Counted from the stretch's first letter, positions 1 to 23,565 are shown. The stretch is DNA of 64,000 nt from Botryllus schlosseri (GCA_051294905.1 CM119372.1:5334001-5398000), one strand, 5' to 3'. Numbers and translations are program-made. Notes: generated by a model not told the origin, from the sequence alone.

Positions 1-164
1 AAGTACATAATTGGTAAATCACTGTGACGCAAACGTTGTCAGAGCATACACTGTAAAACATAACCATCCAAAACTTTCTACTTAACATTCTGTCAATCTG
101 GTAAGTATGGTATTGAGAGTAATGTATCCTGTATGTAGGAATGAGTATGGAACTGAGCTATAAC

Positions 165-1418
165 TAGGGTTGGATTATCCGGATAACGGTTAACCGGTTA
201 ACCGCAGGTATTTTCACTATCTGATATCCGGATAGTTTTCTGCCGGTTAACCGGATAAAAAAGAATCGTTGCTAATGCATTTTACACGTTTTAGTAAGCT
301 TCAATAAGTCGTATTCAGTGTTGACGCGGCCGATTAACGAGAAGCGTGTTGCCAATTAGCGAGATGCGTCTGTACACATTGCACAATGTAATGAGACGCG
401 ATCTCCTGCTGAGAAGATCGTTAAATTAGGTCATTGATTGCCGCGCGCTCGGCTATCGTCTCTGGCCTGATTTATCGCGTCTTCAACAAGCCGATAGTTC
501 CACTGGATTGAAGAATCGCATCTGCAATAGGCCATTTGCAGTGTACACACTATTCCATCGCTGGCCTGCACAATCGCATCTTCATTGGCTTGGTGCTCAC
601 GATATTATCGTTGACCTACACAATCGCATCTGCAATAGGCCTACGAACGATATAATCGCTGGCCTAACCATCTCGGACCCAGCATGCATTGGCTCCTATC
701 TCTCGATGGCTTGTTGACGATATGCCGTTTAGTGTATTCTAATTAGTGATTCTGAGAGTGACACCGCGAAACTGAATGACATCGAATGTTCGCAAAAATG
801 TGCGTGCGTACAAGCGTGATTGATTTCCGCTGATGATTAATTCGAAAAAAAAATCGAAACCCCCTGATTTTATTTCAATCCCCCTACATTTTCGGCTGGC
901 TGCGTGCCTGATCACGTGAATTAGAGCGAGGTATCATGTCGGCATCAATTCCAGTATCAGCTAGTCGTCCTTTTAGTACTCCAAACCTAAACATAAGGAT
1001 GGTCAAAAGGATGTAAAGCCGTTGAAGTTTCCGGCGTACGACCTGCCAACCTTTTGTCTCTCTACGAAGCGCTGCTTTCTATTCAGCCCACTTCTGTGGA
1101 CTCTTTGTTACAAAATTCCGGTCCCGGCTACAGGATCCCACAATTGATGCATCTGTGCTTTATAAAGACGGCATTGCAGAAGCAGTGAACATTAAATTTG
1201 CGTGGTTTTTCTCGTATTCGCTCATACTGCGCGCGTAGGTAGGTACTCTACAATAACACTGTGTAATGATTTTGCGATCCGTTTTACATGCAGACCTAAT
1301 GAAATCGATTGTCTCACTTAGCAGTTATTATCCGGTTAACCGGTTAGATAAATTCCAAAATATCCGGATATATCCGTTATCCGGATAGTGAAAATTATTG
1401 ATATCCGAACTAACCCTA
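165..1418. mobile_element. Non-autonomous hAT-type DNA transposon
   Basis: Termini TAGGGTT...AACCCTA. Perfect 8-bp TSD GCTATAAC at 157-164 and 1419-1426. Subterminal ATCCGGATA/CCGGTTAACCGG motifs at both ends and internal repeats (AATCGCATCTGCAATAGGCC). Confidence 0.85.
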
Positions 1419-1592
1419 GCTATAACGGATCGTACGATTCTTACGTCGCGTAAGATTCTCAAAGATATAGCGGTTATCTGGAAGGTTCCACATTCTTTCA
1501 TTTGGGTGCACATAACGACCCGTTGATATGCGTAATTTCGTGTGGGAATAGTCTTTCCATTACCATAACTCTCATCAGAAATCAATTAGCTT

Positions 1593-4500
1593 TCAGAGGC
1601 GCGCTTCCAGGGCCACAGTGATGTGTCTTCGGCTGCTGTAATATTGGCGTAACCAATATATAAAAACGAAGTATGTACTGCCGACGCCGGAGAGGATGGT
1701 GTACAATATAAGGAAAATCCTGTCCAACAGAAGCGCCGTGTAGCACCGTTCCGCTTCTTGCTGAAAAGAGTGATCGAAATTCGCTAACGTTAGAAATTGC
1801 AATATCTTTCTTGTTTGTAATTCACCTTCTCCCGATCAATTTCGCTGCGGTGGAAGTCCGCGATGGCCATCACACAATTTGTCATTGTTCGAATTTTTTT
1901 CCGAATATCAGTTGGCATAGAGCGTAGTCCGGCAATTTCTTTTTTCATCCTTCGGATACTACATATACGTACATTGGTTTTCGGCTCTTTAAGCATAGAC
2001 GAATTCGACAAGAACATATACACGGATGCGTACCGTAGTAATTCGGTGTGCGTTTTTGATTTCGGATAGCTTTGTGTTAACTCCTCTGTAATGAGCCCTG
2101 GAGGTTTATGTAAGCAAAGAAATGATGGCAGTTTCAGCAGAAGGAACCTTCTAGCTGACGATGGCAATCTAAAATTAGTGCGATCAAGAGATAAATTATT
2201 ATCTGCAGGTAATTGCGAAGGGCATATCAAAGAAATTGACTTACCTGAGTCCTAAGTAATGGATACTTAGATTCAAAGTGGCGAAGACTATTGAGAAAGA
2301 AATGAAGATCATGTTGAACAGCATGTAAGCAGAGATAATTGGCAATTGTTGACTGAACGATGGCAGTACTTTCATCACTAATAGCATGTAGAAGATATGC
2401 ATCAGCAAGATGGAAATGGCAAATATGATTTTGGATTTCGAATCGGCGGGCAAAATGAAGACAAAACCTAAATACAATACGAATTTGGTAGTAAAAGTTG
2501 ATCAAAATCAATTTATAGAGATTGCGCTGTTATGTCCGCAACATATCGCTAGAGGTGTACAGTTTATATTATACAATGCACTGTACAAATCAAGTAAATG
2601 CCATATTAAGTTTATAGGAAAGTGAACCACCCCAAGTTACATTTTCAATAGTAGATGATAAGTATATCCTCTCCACTGCGATTACAGAGAGTAACATAAT
2701 GGCGTTCGATACATTTATGAACACTGAAGAGTGTTGAATTATAATTGCAATAATTAATGTACAGGGATATATAGAGTTCTATATATCCCTGTTAATGTAC
2801 ACTATACACACGTAGCGCCGTACCCGTGCAAGTGGGCATATACAGCAGAAGTCAGAAATGACTAAGTAACACATTGCATGAACGCGCTCGCCAAAAAGAA
2901 ATGACCAGAAAACGATATTTCGTTTCTTATACTGACGAGTTCCACCTATATGTCAGTTAGACTTTACTTAGAACTTTACCGTTACTTATGGGACACCTAT
3001 AGGAGAGGAGTACACCATAATAAAGACAAAGTATGAAGAATGATCGCTATTATAGAGGATATACCTACAGTACTTTGTTCACACATTTCAACGCCCTTTG
3101 ATATATAGCTATAGCATATATCACCTGTTAGGAATGACACGCCCATATATGGGGCAGTGATGAATGCACAGTAGAAGAGTGGCTTTCGATGGAGCTCGAA
3201 CACGTAGGATAAGCTCGGGTTTGATATTGCCTCGTATGAGTCACGATTCACTCGATTATGTTCTCTGAACAATAAAAACTCCCGCAGTCACATCAGGTGA
3301 GACTAATAAACTTTGCACCCTGCCTTTTAGAATTGTACTTGGTTCGATATATTTGGAAGAATTCCCATTCCAAATTCGATTCGTAATGATCCAACTCTAC
3401 CTGCGCAGATATATTCGCAGTATCAGGATAGATCTGTATCACGCTCCGCACAGTGTGACGAGATAGCGTAGTGGTATGATCCACAGCTGCAGCACTAATG
3501 GGTTGAGATTTCGAGTCCGACTCCAGAACTCCTATCTAAGTACTGGAGGTTTATCTAAGCCCCTCGCCACGTGATCCACGTCAGCGGTTGTCTATAGAAG
3601 TGAACCGTGCTACAAGTCGGTAAATACGGAATCAAAATGAATAATATCGGCCTGCTGTAAAATGACCAATGCATAGTCGGAACACCACGAATATCAAACA
3701 AACAAAACGTTCCGCACAGTATCATAGATCTGATGCATTCTCAATTACCGTCATTGTAACGATTACGTGTAGCAGTAAATCCCTCGCACGCAGTAATCTT
3801 AATTAGGAATTTCCAACATAATTGTGTATTGTATATATTGTATAACAAGGATATGTTGATGCGACCTGTGATTCCATAGCAATTAACGGTCTAAAATAGA
3901 TTTTATGAATCTTGATATATCCATATCGAAAAGTTTCATGCTGGAGAAGGGGATCCTAAACGTTTTGATCGCATACCCCAGAAGTTTCGTTGGGTGGTGT
4001 GGTGCGCGCGTAACTCAAAGTTTAAGAATATGATGACTAAATGGAGAACGAATGATTTAGGTGTTACCAGTATTTATTAATTGATTTTGCTGTATCTAAG
4101 AAATATTTCATGTCACAAAATTACCGAAGAGGTGTCCACGGCAGACTGAGATGCGTATTGCGTATTCTAACAATTGCGTTATATCAGCATCATCTATTCA
4201 AACAAACTGCGGTATTTGCCTTCCTGTGGCTCTAAGCATGAGGAATCACAAAGTACGTATATGCCTACAATGTAGACTCTACATATACCTCATTGGTGTT
4301 AAAATTCAATTCGATGTGGCGACGATCGTAAGAAATGGATGCTGTTATCAAAAAGAAAAATTATGACGCTGACTTCGCACTAGAAGGGTGAGGCGGAACT
4401 TACAAAATGTCAAAGTGCAGTTCTGCTTGTCGAACGGGAAGAACGATACATCAATGTAACAAAAACTGTGGATAAGCGCTTGCGAGGACAAGGTAATGTT

Positions 4501-6331
4501 TCCGTCGTAATCAATCTTCGCAGACCCTTCTTCTGGCAGGAGCACATTCATCCCAACACTTTGGAGTATAACGCCTCGTGAACGGAATATCTCGGCAAAG
4601 GAACCTCAAAAAATGTAAATAAATCATATACTTATCTACAACGGCGATTTCCGGACCCCACAAATGCGTGATCGGGACTTTCGTGTACGTGAGGTTGCCA
4701 AATGCCTCCGGTGTCCAACGTAAAGCGGAATCTTTCCATTTCTGTGAAAGCGGACGTATCCTAAAATGGTAGAGTATCTCCACGGCGTCAGAATTACGTG
4801 GTGTTGTCTACCGCCGAGCGTGATCATCATATTTTTCTCGTCCACGTCCACTACTCGCGTCAGTACAAAATTGAGCCCGATTTGAGTGACATTCCCTATT
4901 TGATCAGGGCGCGTCCAGCGGTTGTAATGCAGGAAAATATGTTCGTGAAGACGTGTCTCATCTTGCCAACGAAGAGTGACCGTTACGTCTGATAATAATG
5001 ATTAATGATACTGTATTATAATCCCAATAATGAACTTGGCACAAATACTTGCTCCGGAATTTATAATAGTAATTGTATTCCTATTCGCGAACAGGACAGG
5101 TCATGCCTCACGTCACCACACCCCTTATACTGTGTAGGAAAGTTGTTATGCTGTTTTGGTGTTTCGACTATATGTTTTTCTTGTTACCACTGTTACCAGT
5201 CCGATATTATTTAATATGATTTCTGATAGACCGACTTGTATCACGGCTCACTCATGTTTCAGGCTTTCGTAAGACATCGCTTACGAAGATCAAGGGTGGA
5301 GATGAGCCGAGTTAAACCTACAACAATAATTATTATCAATTATGGAAACGACCTCATTGGGACTCGACCTCGAAAGCCGTTGTAGCATAGGATAGGCGAA
5401 CAATAATCGAAAGACACCCGGTTATTAATTGCTGGGCTTTCTGTTTCTGATAGGGAACCGAATGAGTTGATCAAACCGATCAAACCAAAACACGGTCTGG
5501 TCTGAAATAGATTCGCTTATAGAGTGTGGTGTTTATTCCGTTCAATACAACTGTTCAATGTTCATTCATATGTATCGATGTTGAAAGACAGCGAACAGTT
5601 CGCGATAAAAGGAGAAACTAAATTGCAAGGCCGGAACGCAGTAACACGACGTCCCAGTTCCTCGATGATCCCGCTATCCCGCATGCCCAGTAGGGGTCTT
5701 CAAAAATGACTTTTTCCCTCAAATCGTACTGGCTACTTGATAAAATTGTTAGGTTACATAATTTAAGCCTATACACACCAAATTTGGTTCAATTCCAACC
5801 AGCAGCCGCATTGCTACAGAAGAAAGTTTCTATTTAATATACGAAAACAAAAAAATCTGAAAATTTTCTGTTCGCCCCATGAAAGCCTTAGGTTTTCAAT
5901 GGAAACGATGTTCACCAAATTTGGTTCAATTCCAACCAGTGGAAGCGGAGTTATTGCCGTCGAAAAATTTGGATTATCAATAAAATAGTATTTACGGTGA
6001 CCAATTCTTTAATTTTTTATTATAGTGGTGCCCACGGTAAATACTATTTTATTCAAGTCCAAATTTTTCGACGGCAATTACTTTCTTCTCCTGTAGCAAT
6101 GCGGCTGCTGGTTGGAATTGAACCAAATTTGGTGTGCAGGCTTCAATTAGGTAACCGAACAATTTTATCAAGTAGCCAGTACGATTTGAGAAAAGAAGTC
6201 ATTTTTGAAGACCCCTAATACGCAGGGACGACTAAATATTGCATATCGCAGGTAATCTTGACGTAAAACCACTCACCAACCGATAGCAAACAGCAACAGC
6301 TAAACAGAATGACCCGATGGGCAAAGCTCAT
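1593..6331 (-). CDS. Divergent Cys-loop ligand-gated ion channel subunit (nicotinic acetylcholine receptor-like, non-alpha type)
   Basis: Phase-compatible GT-AG exons: 6331-6277 (signal peptide MSFAHRVILFSCCCLLSV), 4988-4798 (YNRWTRP...VVDVDEKN), 4741-4632 (WKDSALRWTPE...LWGPEI), 4558-4404 (Cys-loop CYIDVSFFPFDKQNC), 3486-3339 (ESNLEWEF), 3264-3125 (LHRKPLFY, M1), 2467-2245 (M2-M3), 2168-1826 (intracellular loop, probably split by one small intron near 2033-1960) and 1760-1593 (LLDRIFL, M4, stop). Confidence 0.88.
5691..6217. mobile_element. Fold-back (palindromic) MITE, family A, in intron 1 of the Cys-loop gene
   Basis: Long inverted termini TAGGGGTCTTCAAAAATGAC...GTCATTTTTGAAGACCCCTA. Repeated ACCAAATTTGGTTCAATTCCAACCAG motifs. 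Degenerate 8-bp flanks ATGCCCAG/ATACGCAG. Confidence 0.85.
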
Positions 6332-7291
6332 CGTTCCCCCCAGCAGTTGAAATTCCAGATCAGAAAAGCAGTGATCCTCAGTATATAAAGGCTTTGGTGA
6401 ACTGGACCCGATATCATAGAAGATAACATTGACAATTATTGCGGCGCACTCCGTGATAACGACAGAATCTGATGAACTCTCAATCCCCACAGACTGAAGC
6501 TATCACCACACCACAAGTGAATTGTCGTTACCATTGACATCTTGCATCATATAGGAAGCCAAGCAATTCGCATTTCGCAATGCTGCAGATCACAGGCTGC
6601 CAGCATGCATAACCCTTCATAAGCCCTTTCTCAAGTAGAAATCACACTTTATATTGAAGAAGCTGAAAATAATAGTAATCTAATCTTAGCTAATCATGAG
6701 CCGGCTAATTCTCCCCCATAAAGCTATTTTTGCGTTCTGCGTCAAGTGTTGAGTCATTGCATGTACTAGCTGTATCCCTTCTGTATCAAAATTCATTTAA
6801 ATTAAAAATCAAATTCTAATTTTAATTCTCCATTTATGTCTTGACTGAAGCGCAATATACATACTACGCATTTCCGAGCACAGAGCAAGTGAGCACTGAG
6901 CACTGAGCATTGCACCGCACAACACAAGAGGCAGAGAAAGCTGTAATTAGTATGATATATCTTGGGAAAAGCGGCGCAGTCGCATCCAAACGATGTCTGT
7001 CACTCAGGTGGGCGACCAGGAAGTCAGATTAAATTAATTATAGTCACGTAACAATCTCGGTTTGCGTCGCATTCATCAGATATTGGAACGAATTGATCTT
7101 CGAGAACAACAGTTAACGACGCCGTACGTGAACCGATATGATCCCAGTACAGTGGCCAACAGCATTTTACGTCCATGTGAAGTCGGCGCGAAGACACTGT
7201 AATTCATACTACCTTCGATAACTCGATAAAAAGTTAATGTAACGGAAGGACAATCATTTGTTTGATCAATAGTAACGCAAGGGAAAAGGGA

Positions 7292-8015
7292 TTATTCAGT
7301 GGGATCAGCCGGCTCATCCTTAATAAAGTTTTCGTATAATATCTTTCCATCGCCATTCGTGTCCATGTACGAAATCATTTCGTCTACTTCATCCTCGGTC
7401 AATGCCTCCCCCTTCGACGTCATGATGTTTCGAAGATCTGCTGCGTCAATGAATCCATTTTCGTCCTTGTCCAGCGTCCTAGAAGTGCGATAGGTTAATC
7501 ACAGTGTATCTGTATCACTCTGGCTACAGCCAGGAGCTGGCAAATACGAACGTGACGTAATCGTAATCGGAACGGACTTAATGCATTGTCGCACAATAGT
7601 GAGCACTGAGCCGTTACGTGATTCATAAGTGAAGTTTATCAGATGGGCTATGCTATATTCACACAACCACACTGACCTGAATGCTTTGGCTATCTCATCT
7701 TCAAGTACAGTCTGACTTTTGACGTTGGTTGCATATAATTCGAGCATTGTCTCGTAACTGATGTCGCCCATATATTGGGGATCAACTTCCTGTCGAATGG
7801 AATCGGTTTAGCGTTTTATCCTTTTGTCTACGAAATCCAATTGTATTTACTAATTTGTATTCTTCGATTTCACCTAAGGTGGGCGTTAATCCCATTTTTC
7901 GAAGCACATTGCCGACCTCCTCCACTTGGATTGGACCGCCTTCTTCCTTGACGAAACTGTTGAAAGCTTCCTTGAACAGTGATTTGTCTTCGTCGGGCAA
8001 TTTGTCAGCAGCCAT
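7292..8015 (-). CDS. Calmodulin-like EF-hand calcium-binding protein (154 aa)
   Basis: Exons 8015-7851, 7789-7677 and 7478-7292 join in frame: [18 protein letters not shown]...[54 protein letters not shown]. Calmodulin-like layout with two canonical-looking C-lobe EF loops. Confidence 0.9.
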
Positions 8016-10554
8016 TCTATTCGAAAATGCTATACTGGTAATGATATATATAACAGAAAAGATTTGATTACTTCAGATCGCGATGCATTATTTCGCACTC
8101 CACTGGGATAATAATTCTACTTATTGCGTCTTCATAGGTGGTAGGTCAATATTAACGGCGGGAGTCCCGGCGTGCTCTACAGCCAGGGTTTCAATTCACG
8201 TTCAGTCGCCCATCAGACTCGCAGTTGCAGACGTAGCTTTCATGTCATTATTCCAAAAAGGCTTTTTAATCATTGATTTGTATTACGACGGTGAAAATAT
8301 TTCTCAGCCACTGATTCAATATTGTAAGCTGCTGGTGGTAAGGATTTTTCCCAGCATCATCACGTTTCAAATTTAAATTACGAGGGAAATTGGTGCGCTA
8401 TTTTCCAAGTACCACTCATCTAACTTACAAAAGTGTGTATGAGCATGTGAAGGCTAGTTGAGCGGCTGGTTCATAAGATGTTCTCCCGATATATTTGAAA
8501 CGTGAGTAGCTTGAAAGTTTACTATAAACTCAATGAAATGTCGTTGATATTACTAATATCAATATCTATAGATGGATAATTTTGCGTTGATCACTCGCAT
8601 AGAAGCAATACCAACCATCTCATCAAAGTGCTTTTCGTTATTAATAGAACCATGTGAGACACATTTGCTTTTATCCTTTTTTAAGTTTAGGGGACGTGAT
8701 GCAGTGATGAGGAACCCGGATAAGCCTGCGACAAATTGAGCATTCGAAGGAAAGCGCATTTTATAAGCAGTAATGTCTCGCGATGTCTCAGTATGTTTCA
8801 CCACGTAGTGCAGGTGGGCGAGGATTATACAAATTGGTTTGGTTTAACACGCGTATATTACTGTCCAACTTGGGTCGATCAAATATTAGGAGTCGTTGAA
8901 CCAAATAATCGTATTATGAGGCTAATAATATGATATATAGATCAATCGTGCGAATTGCATAATATTGCCACCTGTCGGGCGCATCGAATCTCCTTAGCAT
9001 CAATATTTATCGAACGAAAATTCAACTTCGCAAGAAACTGAAAAAAAGCCCGACGAGTTTTTGCTCCCCCATCGCCCTCTTCGACTTTGTTATCCCTTTT
9101 CTCGCTAAATCTCCTCCAATGAGTGAAATCGTTCACTTTGGCAACTACTGTTACATATTTATGTATTGAAGTTCTTTCTTGAAGGGACATGCAAACTGGA
9201 GGCAAAATAATTATATACTACATTAAAATGGGCGATATGGTCAAAAACTTTGTTTATGAAGGATGACTTGACCATGACTGTGATATCACATTGTCACCGC
9301 ACCTGTCCTGGCATCATTAGATTATTATGTTTTAATCTAATCCGGCTGCTGCTCGTATGCATGGTGCACGCTTCACATACTTATACATACAGATAGCATC
9401 CGCACCATTTAGAACTTCCCAGCATACATAATAATAGCTATACTTATAAGAGTTTGCAATCGGACCTTGCACGCGCTCCATTTCAAGCACTCATAAAATC
9501 CATATTTGCCATTGCCAGAAACGATACATGCCCTTTGCCCAGGTGTCTCCCAAGGAGGATGCATTATACATATATACGCATGACAATATATCTCACTATT
9601 AGCTCAGGGTCTCAAGCTCTCAACACATCTAGCCTACTAATCGTATCTCAACGCTCATTGCCCAATGCCCATTCATGACACATAGGCTACACCGATCGCG
9701 AAAGCCTGTTAACTTTTGTTTCCATCAGTTGTCATTGAATACAACGCGACAGTCACTCAACACTCAACAGGCTACGGAACTTCTGTATTGTTATGAAAGT
9801 CTCGAGTGTTTGCTGGAGGCTCTTGTCTCTTTGTTTTTAATATTATTGTTATTTGAGCGATTGCTATTTCAACAAATATTTCATATAAGCTGTAGGTCTT
9901 GAGACAAAGCTACCCCATGTGTAGCCTATATATTTCATCTAATGAAAATGTGGTAGATCCCATCGTAGATATAATAATTATACTAATGCACTATTACACT
10001 GGTAGCAGTGGTGTAATTCGTAGTGTTGGTGCTCTTAACTCTTAACGTCGACTACTCACGAACGGGAATCCTATTGCTTTTTGCCGGAATTTGCCATTGC
10101 AACAGGGGTTCGCAATTTTATTTTTCAGGCTGCGTACCCTTTCGCATGTCTGCATGTATGGCACCGTACCCCCTAAAGATAATGCTTTATAAAGTGTACG
10201 CAATTCGAAGACAAAACACCACAAACGATGTATTTACAGTTTCAAACATCATTTCACTGCGCTCACCACTTGACGAGTAGATCTATTTTAAACGTGTTTT
10301 GGAAAGGCACTCTCGTGAATTAGGCTCACGGAAAGTCTGGCACGAAATCCGTTCTTCACCTAAATGTACATTGTACATTGCACGCATGCTTGAAAAACCT
10401 TGTTCACGACTGTATGCGAAGGGGAAGAGAAAAATACTCTCACATTTTCACACTGCGGATAACTCTTCGTCATAATAGACCGGTCCCATAAACTATTATA
10501 GTATACTTATCATTGAACGTTTAAGAGCAAAACACTGAAGTAGCCCTCATAATA

Positions 10555-10997
10555 TAGGCTTACCATATTTTGGAAATCAAAAAAGAGGACACTTTTTCAG
10601 AAATTTGCAACTTGCAAAACCGGAGTGAAATTCTCAAAAACCGGTTGATTCTTTCCACTTTCAGATCGGTTGACTAAAAAAAAAAAAGGTCATCTTTTCC
10701 GCTCAGAGCTCAAAATAGCGTTTTTTACGCCACATTGCCAGGTGGATGACTAAAAAAAAAAAAAAAAAAAAAGGTCGTCTTTTCGCTCAGAGCTAAAATC
10801 AGCGTTTTTCACTCCGAAATACCCGTCGGAGCTTCACTTCTGTGCTAATATGCGGCATATCACTCGCAATTTGCTCTAAATCTGCTCTAAATCTCAAAAA
10901 AGAGGACAAAATCTCAAAAGGGCGTCCTCCGAGGACACTTTCAACAAAGTCAAAAAAGACGACAAATCCTCTTAAAAGAGGACGTATGGTAAGCCTA
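10555..10997. mobile_element. hAT-type MITE
   Basis: TIR TAGGCTTACCATA...TATGGTAAGCCTA. Perfect 8-bp TSD TCATAATA at 10547-10554 and 10998-11005. Subterminal AAAAAAGAGGAC motifs. Confidence 0.88.
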
Positions 10998-11139
10998 TCA
11001 TAATAAGCAGATGATACTTATTCCTGGTAGAGATCCGAGACCTACATTAGGCTCAGATAACTCTCATCACCGCGTCAGTAGAGAAACAGAAATTCACAAC
11101 AGTTAACTCAAGACTATACGAGCAACGTTAGGCATACAC

Positions 11140-13000
11140 CAGTGGCGGCTCGTCCTATAGGGCAACTGGGGCATTGCCCCACCTAAAATTCTGTTCAATA
11201 ACAATTCTTTACCATTTATAGACGCACACCTATCTATATAAACCGAAATCACAGCGAAAATCGTATACTTGTCCTTTCGCTTGTAAATGCCCATATATAG
11301 CGAAGTCTATGCGAAAATCGAATTCTCTTCTGTGTTTTCGCTTTGCGAATGCCTAGCCGGGGCTTGCCCCGGTAGCGCTCATAACAAGCTTTCACTGTCT
11401 ATTCTCTCAAAACCGCGCACAATAAAGAAACGGTGATTTACTCTCTCCTATTCATAAAATTACCGAGCAACCGGGGCACGATAGCTCTGTGCCCTTAAGG
11501 TGTGATGTAACAATCGTATCTATAGCTGAACTCTGTTACCGTCATTTGCGTTTAGTCGACCTTTGCTGGTATAGGTCGATTTTAATGGGGTTTCACACCA
11601 TGAAAACTCTTGAAACTTGTTATGTCATGTCGTGATGGTGGTATTTAACACTGCCCCAAGTTTCAGGGTTTCTACTTAAAGTTTAGGGTAGTAATTCCGT
11701 TTCCGAAGTTGAGTGTGTGCTGATCCGTCATGTATCGCAAACAGATTTTACTCAAAAGCCGGTATTGGTATCCATTGGTTTTGACGGTGTTCAATACTGA
11801 GATGGGTTATGACATTTGGCACGGTAAGTCTTAATGTTAGTATCGAACGCTGTACCAAGTTTTAAGTTTGTCACTGAACTGTGTTAGGGGTAATTTCGTT
11901 TCCTAATTCGAGTGAGAGCTGAGTCGTCATTTATCGCTAACAGATTATACGCAAAGCCGGTATTGGTCTCTATTGATTTTAACGATGCTCCTTACCTAGA
12001 TCCGTCATAAGCTTTTGCACGGTATGTCTTGATTTTAGTATCGAACGCTGTGCCAAGTCTCAAGGTTGACACTCAATGATTAGGGCAGTAATTTCGTTAT
12101 CAAGGTCGAGTATGGTAAAGATGTGCTCCGATCTGACACTTTAGCCTACAACACATTGCGGATTTCACGCAAAAGCCGATGTATCTGCGGTAACGTTAAG
12201 TGAGATGATGATATCATTCTCAGTTTGCATTCAAATATTTACTTTGATCGTATATTCTCCAATGTCAATTTCACCGTGAAATTGTGGCCTTCAAGCCATT
12301 TGCGTACAACCCCCCCGTCACTTGATCAGCCTATTCCTCAGTAAATTTTACGCAAAATTCGGTGTTGGTCTGTTCGCATTAATTTTGACAGTGTACCATA
12401 CCGAAAAGGGCCATGAGGCCACTTCTCGATAATGTCATGTAACAGTGTACCAAGTTTAGGGCTTTCATCCACGTATTTATTCGGTAATATATTTTTCAAA
12501 GGCGATTTCGCAGCAGACCTATAAGACAGTGATAAAAACGTATGTGTCGTGTTACAGTCTCCAGTTTCAAGGCCAAAATCTCTTATGCTGTACCGAGACC
12601 AAATTTCCGAGGCTGCTATTCTTAGTCCTTTACAATGATGTTTTGGATTCAATAGGACAGGCCCAATCTATGAGATAACAATTGCGTATCTGTCCGAATT
12701 CGTTGACCTTTCCAATTAGGCTTACGCTATCTCTCGAGTTATAGTCATTTCCATTTCTGCAGATAATTAGTCAGGTCTAATGCGAACATGAACCGTGTTG
12801 AATCTTTGTTCCGTACGCCGTTTACGCAGTTACAACACTTCAAGTCACAGCTCACCAGCGTGGCACATACGTTAAAATCACTGTTGCCGGGAAATTCATG
12901 TTACCGTACCATCATTAAGTTACTTGTTTACGTTGGAAAACGCCATTGTGACGTCATCTTGATAAAAAGTCGCTTGCAGCCCTTGCCCCACCACCCGATA
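11140..13000. repeat. Probable non-autonomous DNA element with internal ~200-bp tandem subrepeats
   Basis: Starts CAGTGGCGGCTCGTCC. TTGCCCCACC occurs near both ends. Degenerate ~200-bp units (GTATCGAACGCTGTaCCAAG, GCCGGTATTGGT) recur over ~11640-12200. Right boundary is uncertain. Confidence 0.45.
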
Positions 13001-13594
13001 TTGTCACGATACACGATAATGTATAATCATGGTGGTTAAAGCATGAAGCAGTGGTTTCCAACCTTTCACGACTCATCGCCCCTTATCAAGCTCGACACAA
13101 ATTTTCGCCTCCTATATTCACGGATCCAAAAAGAGGACATACAAACGGGAAATTCATTCACCAACTTATCTCGCTGGTGAATTGACAAAAATCGGTCAGT
13201 TTTCTGAGACGGTACTAGGAAAACCGGTAAGAACCTGGTTAAAGTTCCATGTTTTCTCGAATTAACTAACTCTAATCTAATTCGGAAAACTGAAAATTCA
13301 AGTTGTCCAAGTCTGCCTGATGATCTTGAACCGAGATGACACCTTAGTCATAGTACGGTCATTGGTCACTGGTCAGCGGTTACATACTCATGCCGATAAC
13401 ACCCTTCTGCACCATCCCCACACGTTCCGCAATAGCAACCACTCAACAATACATGGCTTCATCACATTCTCTATTGGAACAACGAAAGATAACTAATACA
13501 GCACATGATCGACAGGACACTCCCGACTCCAACAGCGGCCCGCCAACACCGGTAATTGCCACCAACACAACAGCTCGCGCGCTGCCCGACACTC

Positions 13595-23171
<9,577 letters not shown>

Positions 23172-23351
23172 CAACAATAAAGTATCACTCGAGTATCCAA
23201 TCTATTTTCAGAGTTTTTTCGAGTGCGGAATGATGAAATATGTGCATTGATGCATTACGGAATCAGTGTTGCATAACAACACAACACATGTCACTGCACG
23301 CTTCGGCGATTTTGTTGTAACGATTTCCTTCATGCTTATCAGCATTTCTAC

Positions 23352-23565
23352 CATGGAGAACTGAATGGGATAGAACGGTAACTGCGTGGCCTGTCAATCA
23401 TTTACGGTTGAATAACAATCAGTAGAGCCAGAATGTTTCGGTTGTTTGCTGATATTTTCCGGCTTACGTAACAGCGTACATCGGGCCAAGTAAGTGTTAT
23501 TATCTTTATCGTAAGTAACTTGTCTTGTCTAAATTACTTTGAATGTAATTATTGACAGTATGTGA
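23352..23565 (+). repeat. ~210-bp segment with an inverted copy at 27835-28051
   Basis: CATGGAGAACTGAATGGGATAGAACGGTAACTGCGTGGCCTGTCAATCATT...CCGGCTTACGTAACAGC...TGACAGTATGT matches the reverse complement of 27835-28051. Confidence 0.85.

Noticed and set aside
5997..6218. Recurring ORF peptide VAMRLLVGIEPNLVCRL (also at 21503-21757)
   Set aside because: A translation artefact of the palindromic MITE family, not a gene family.
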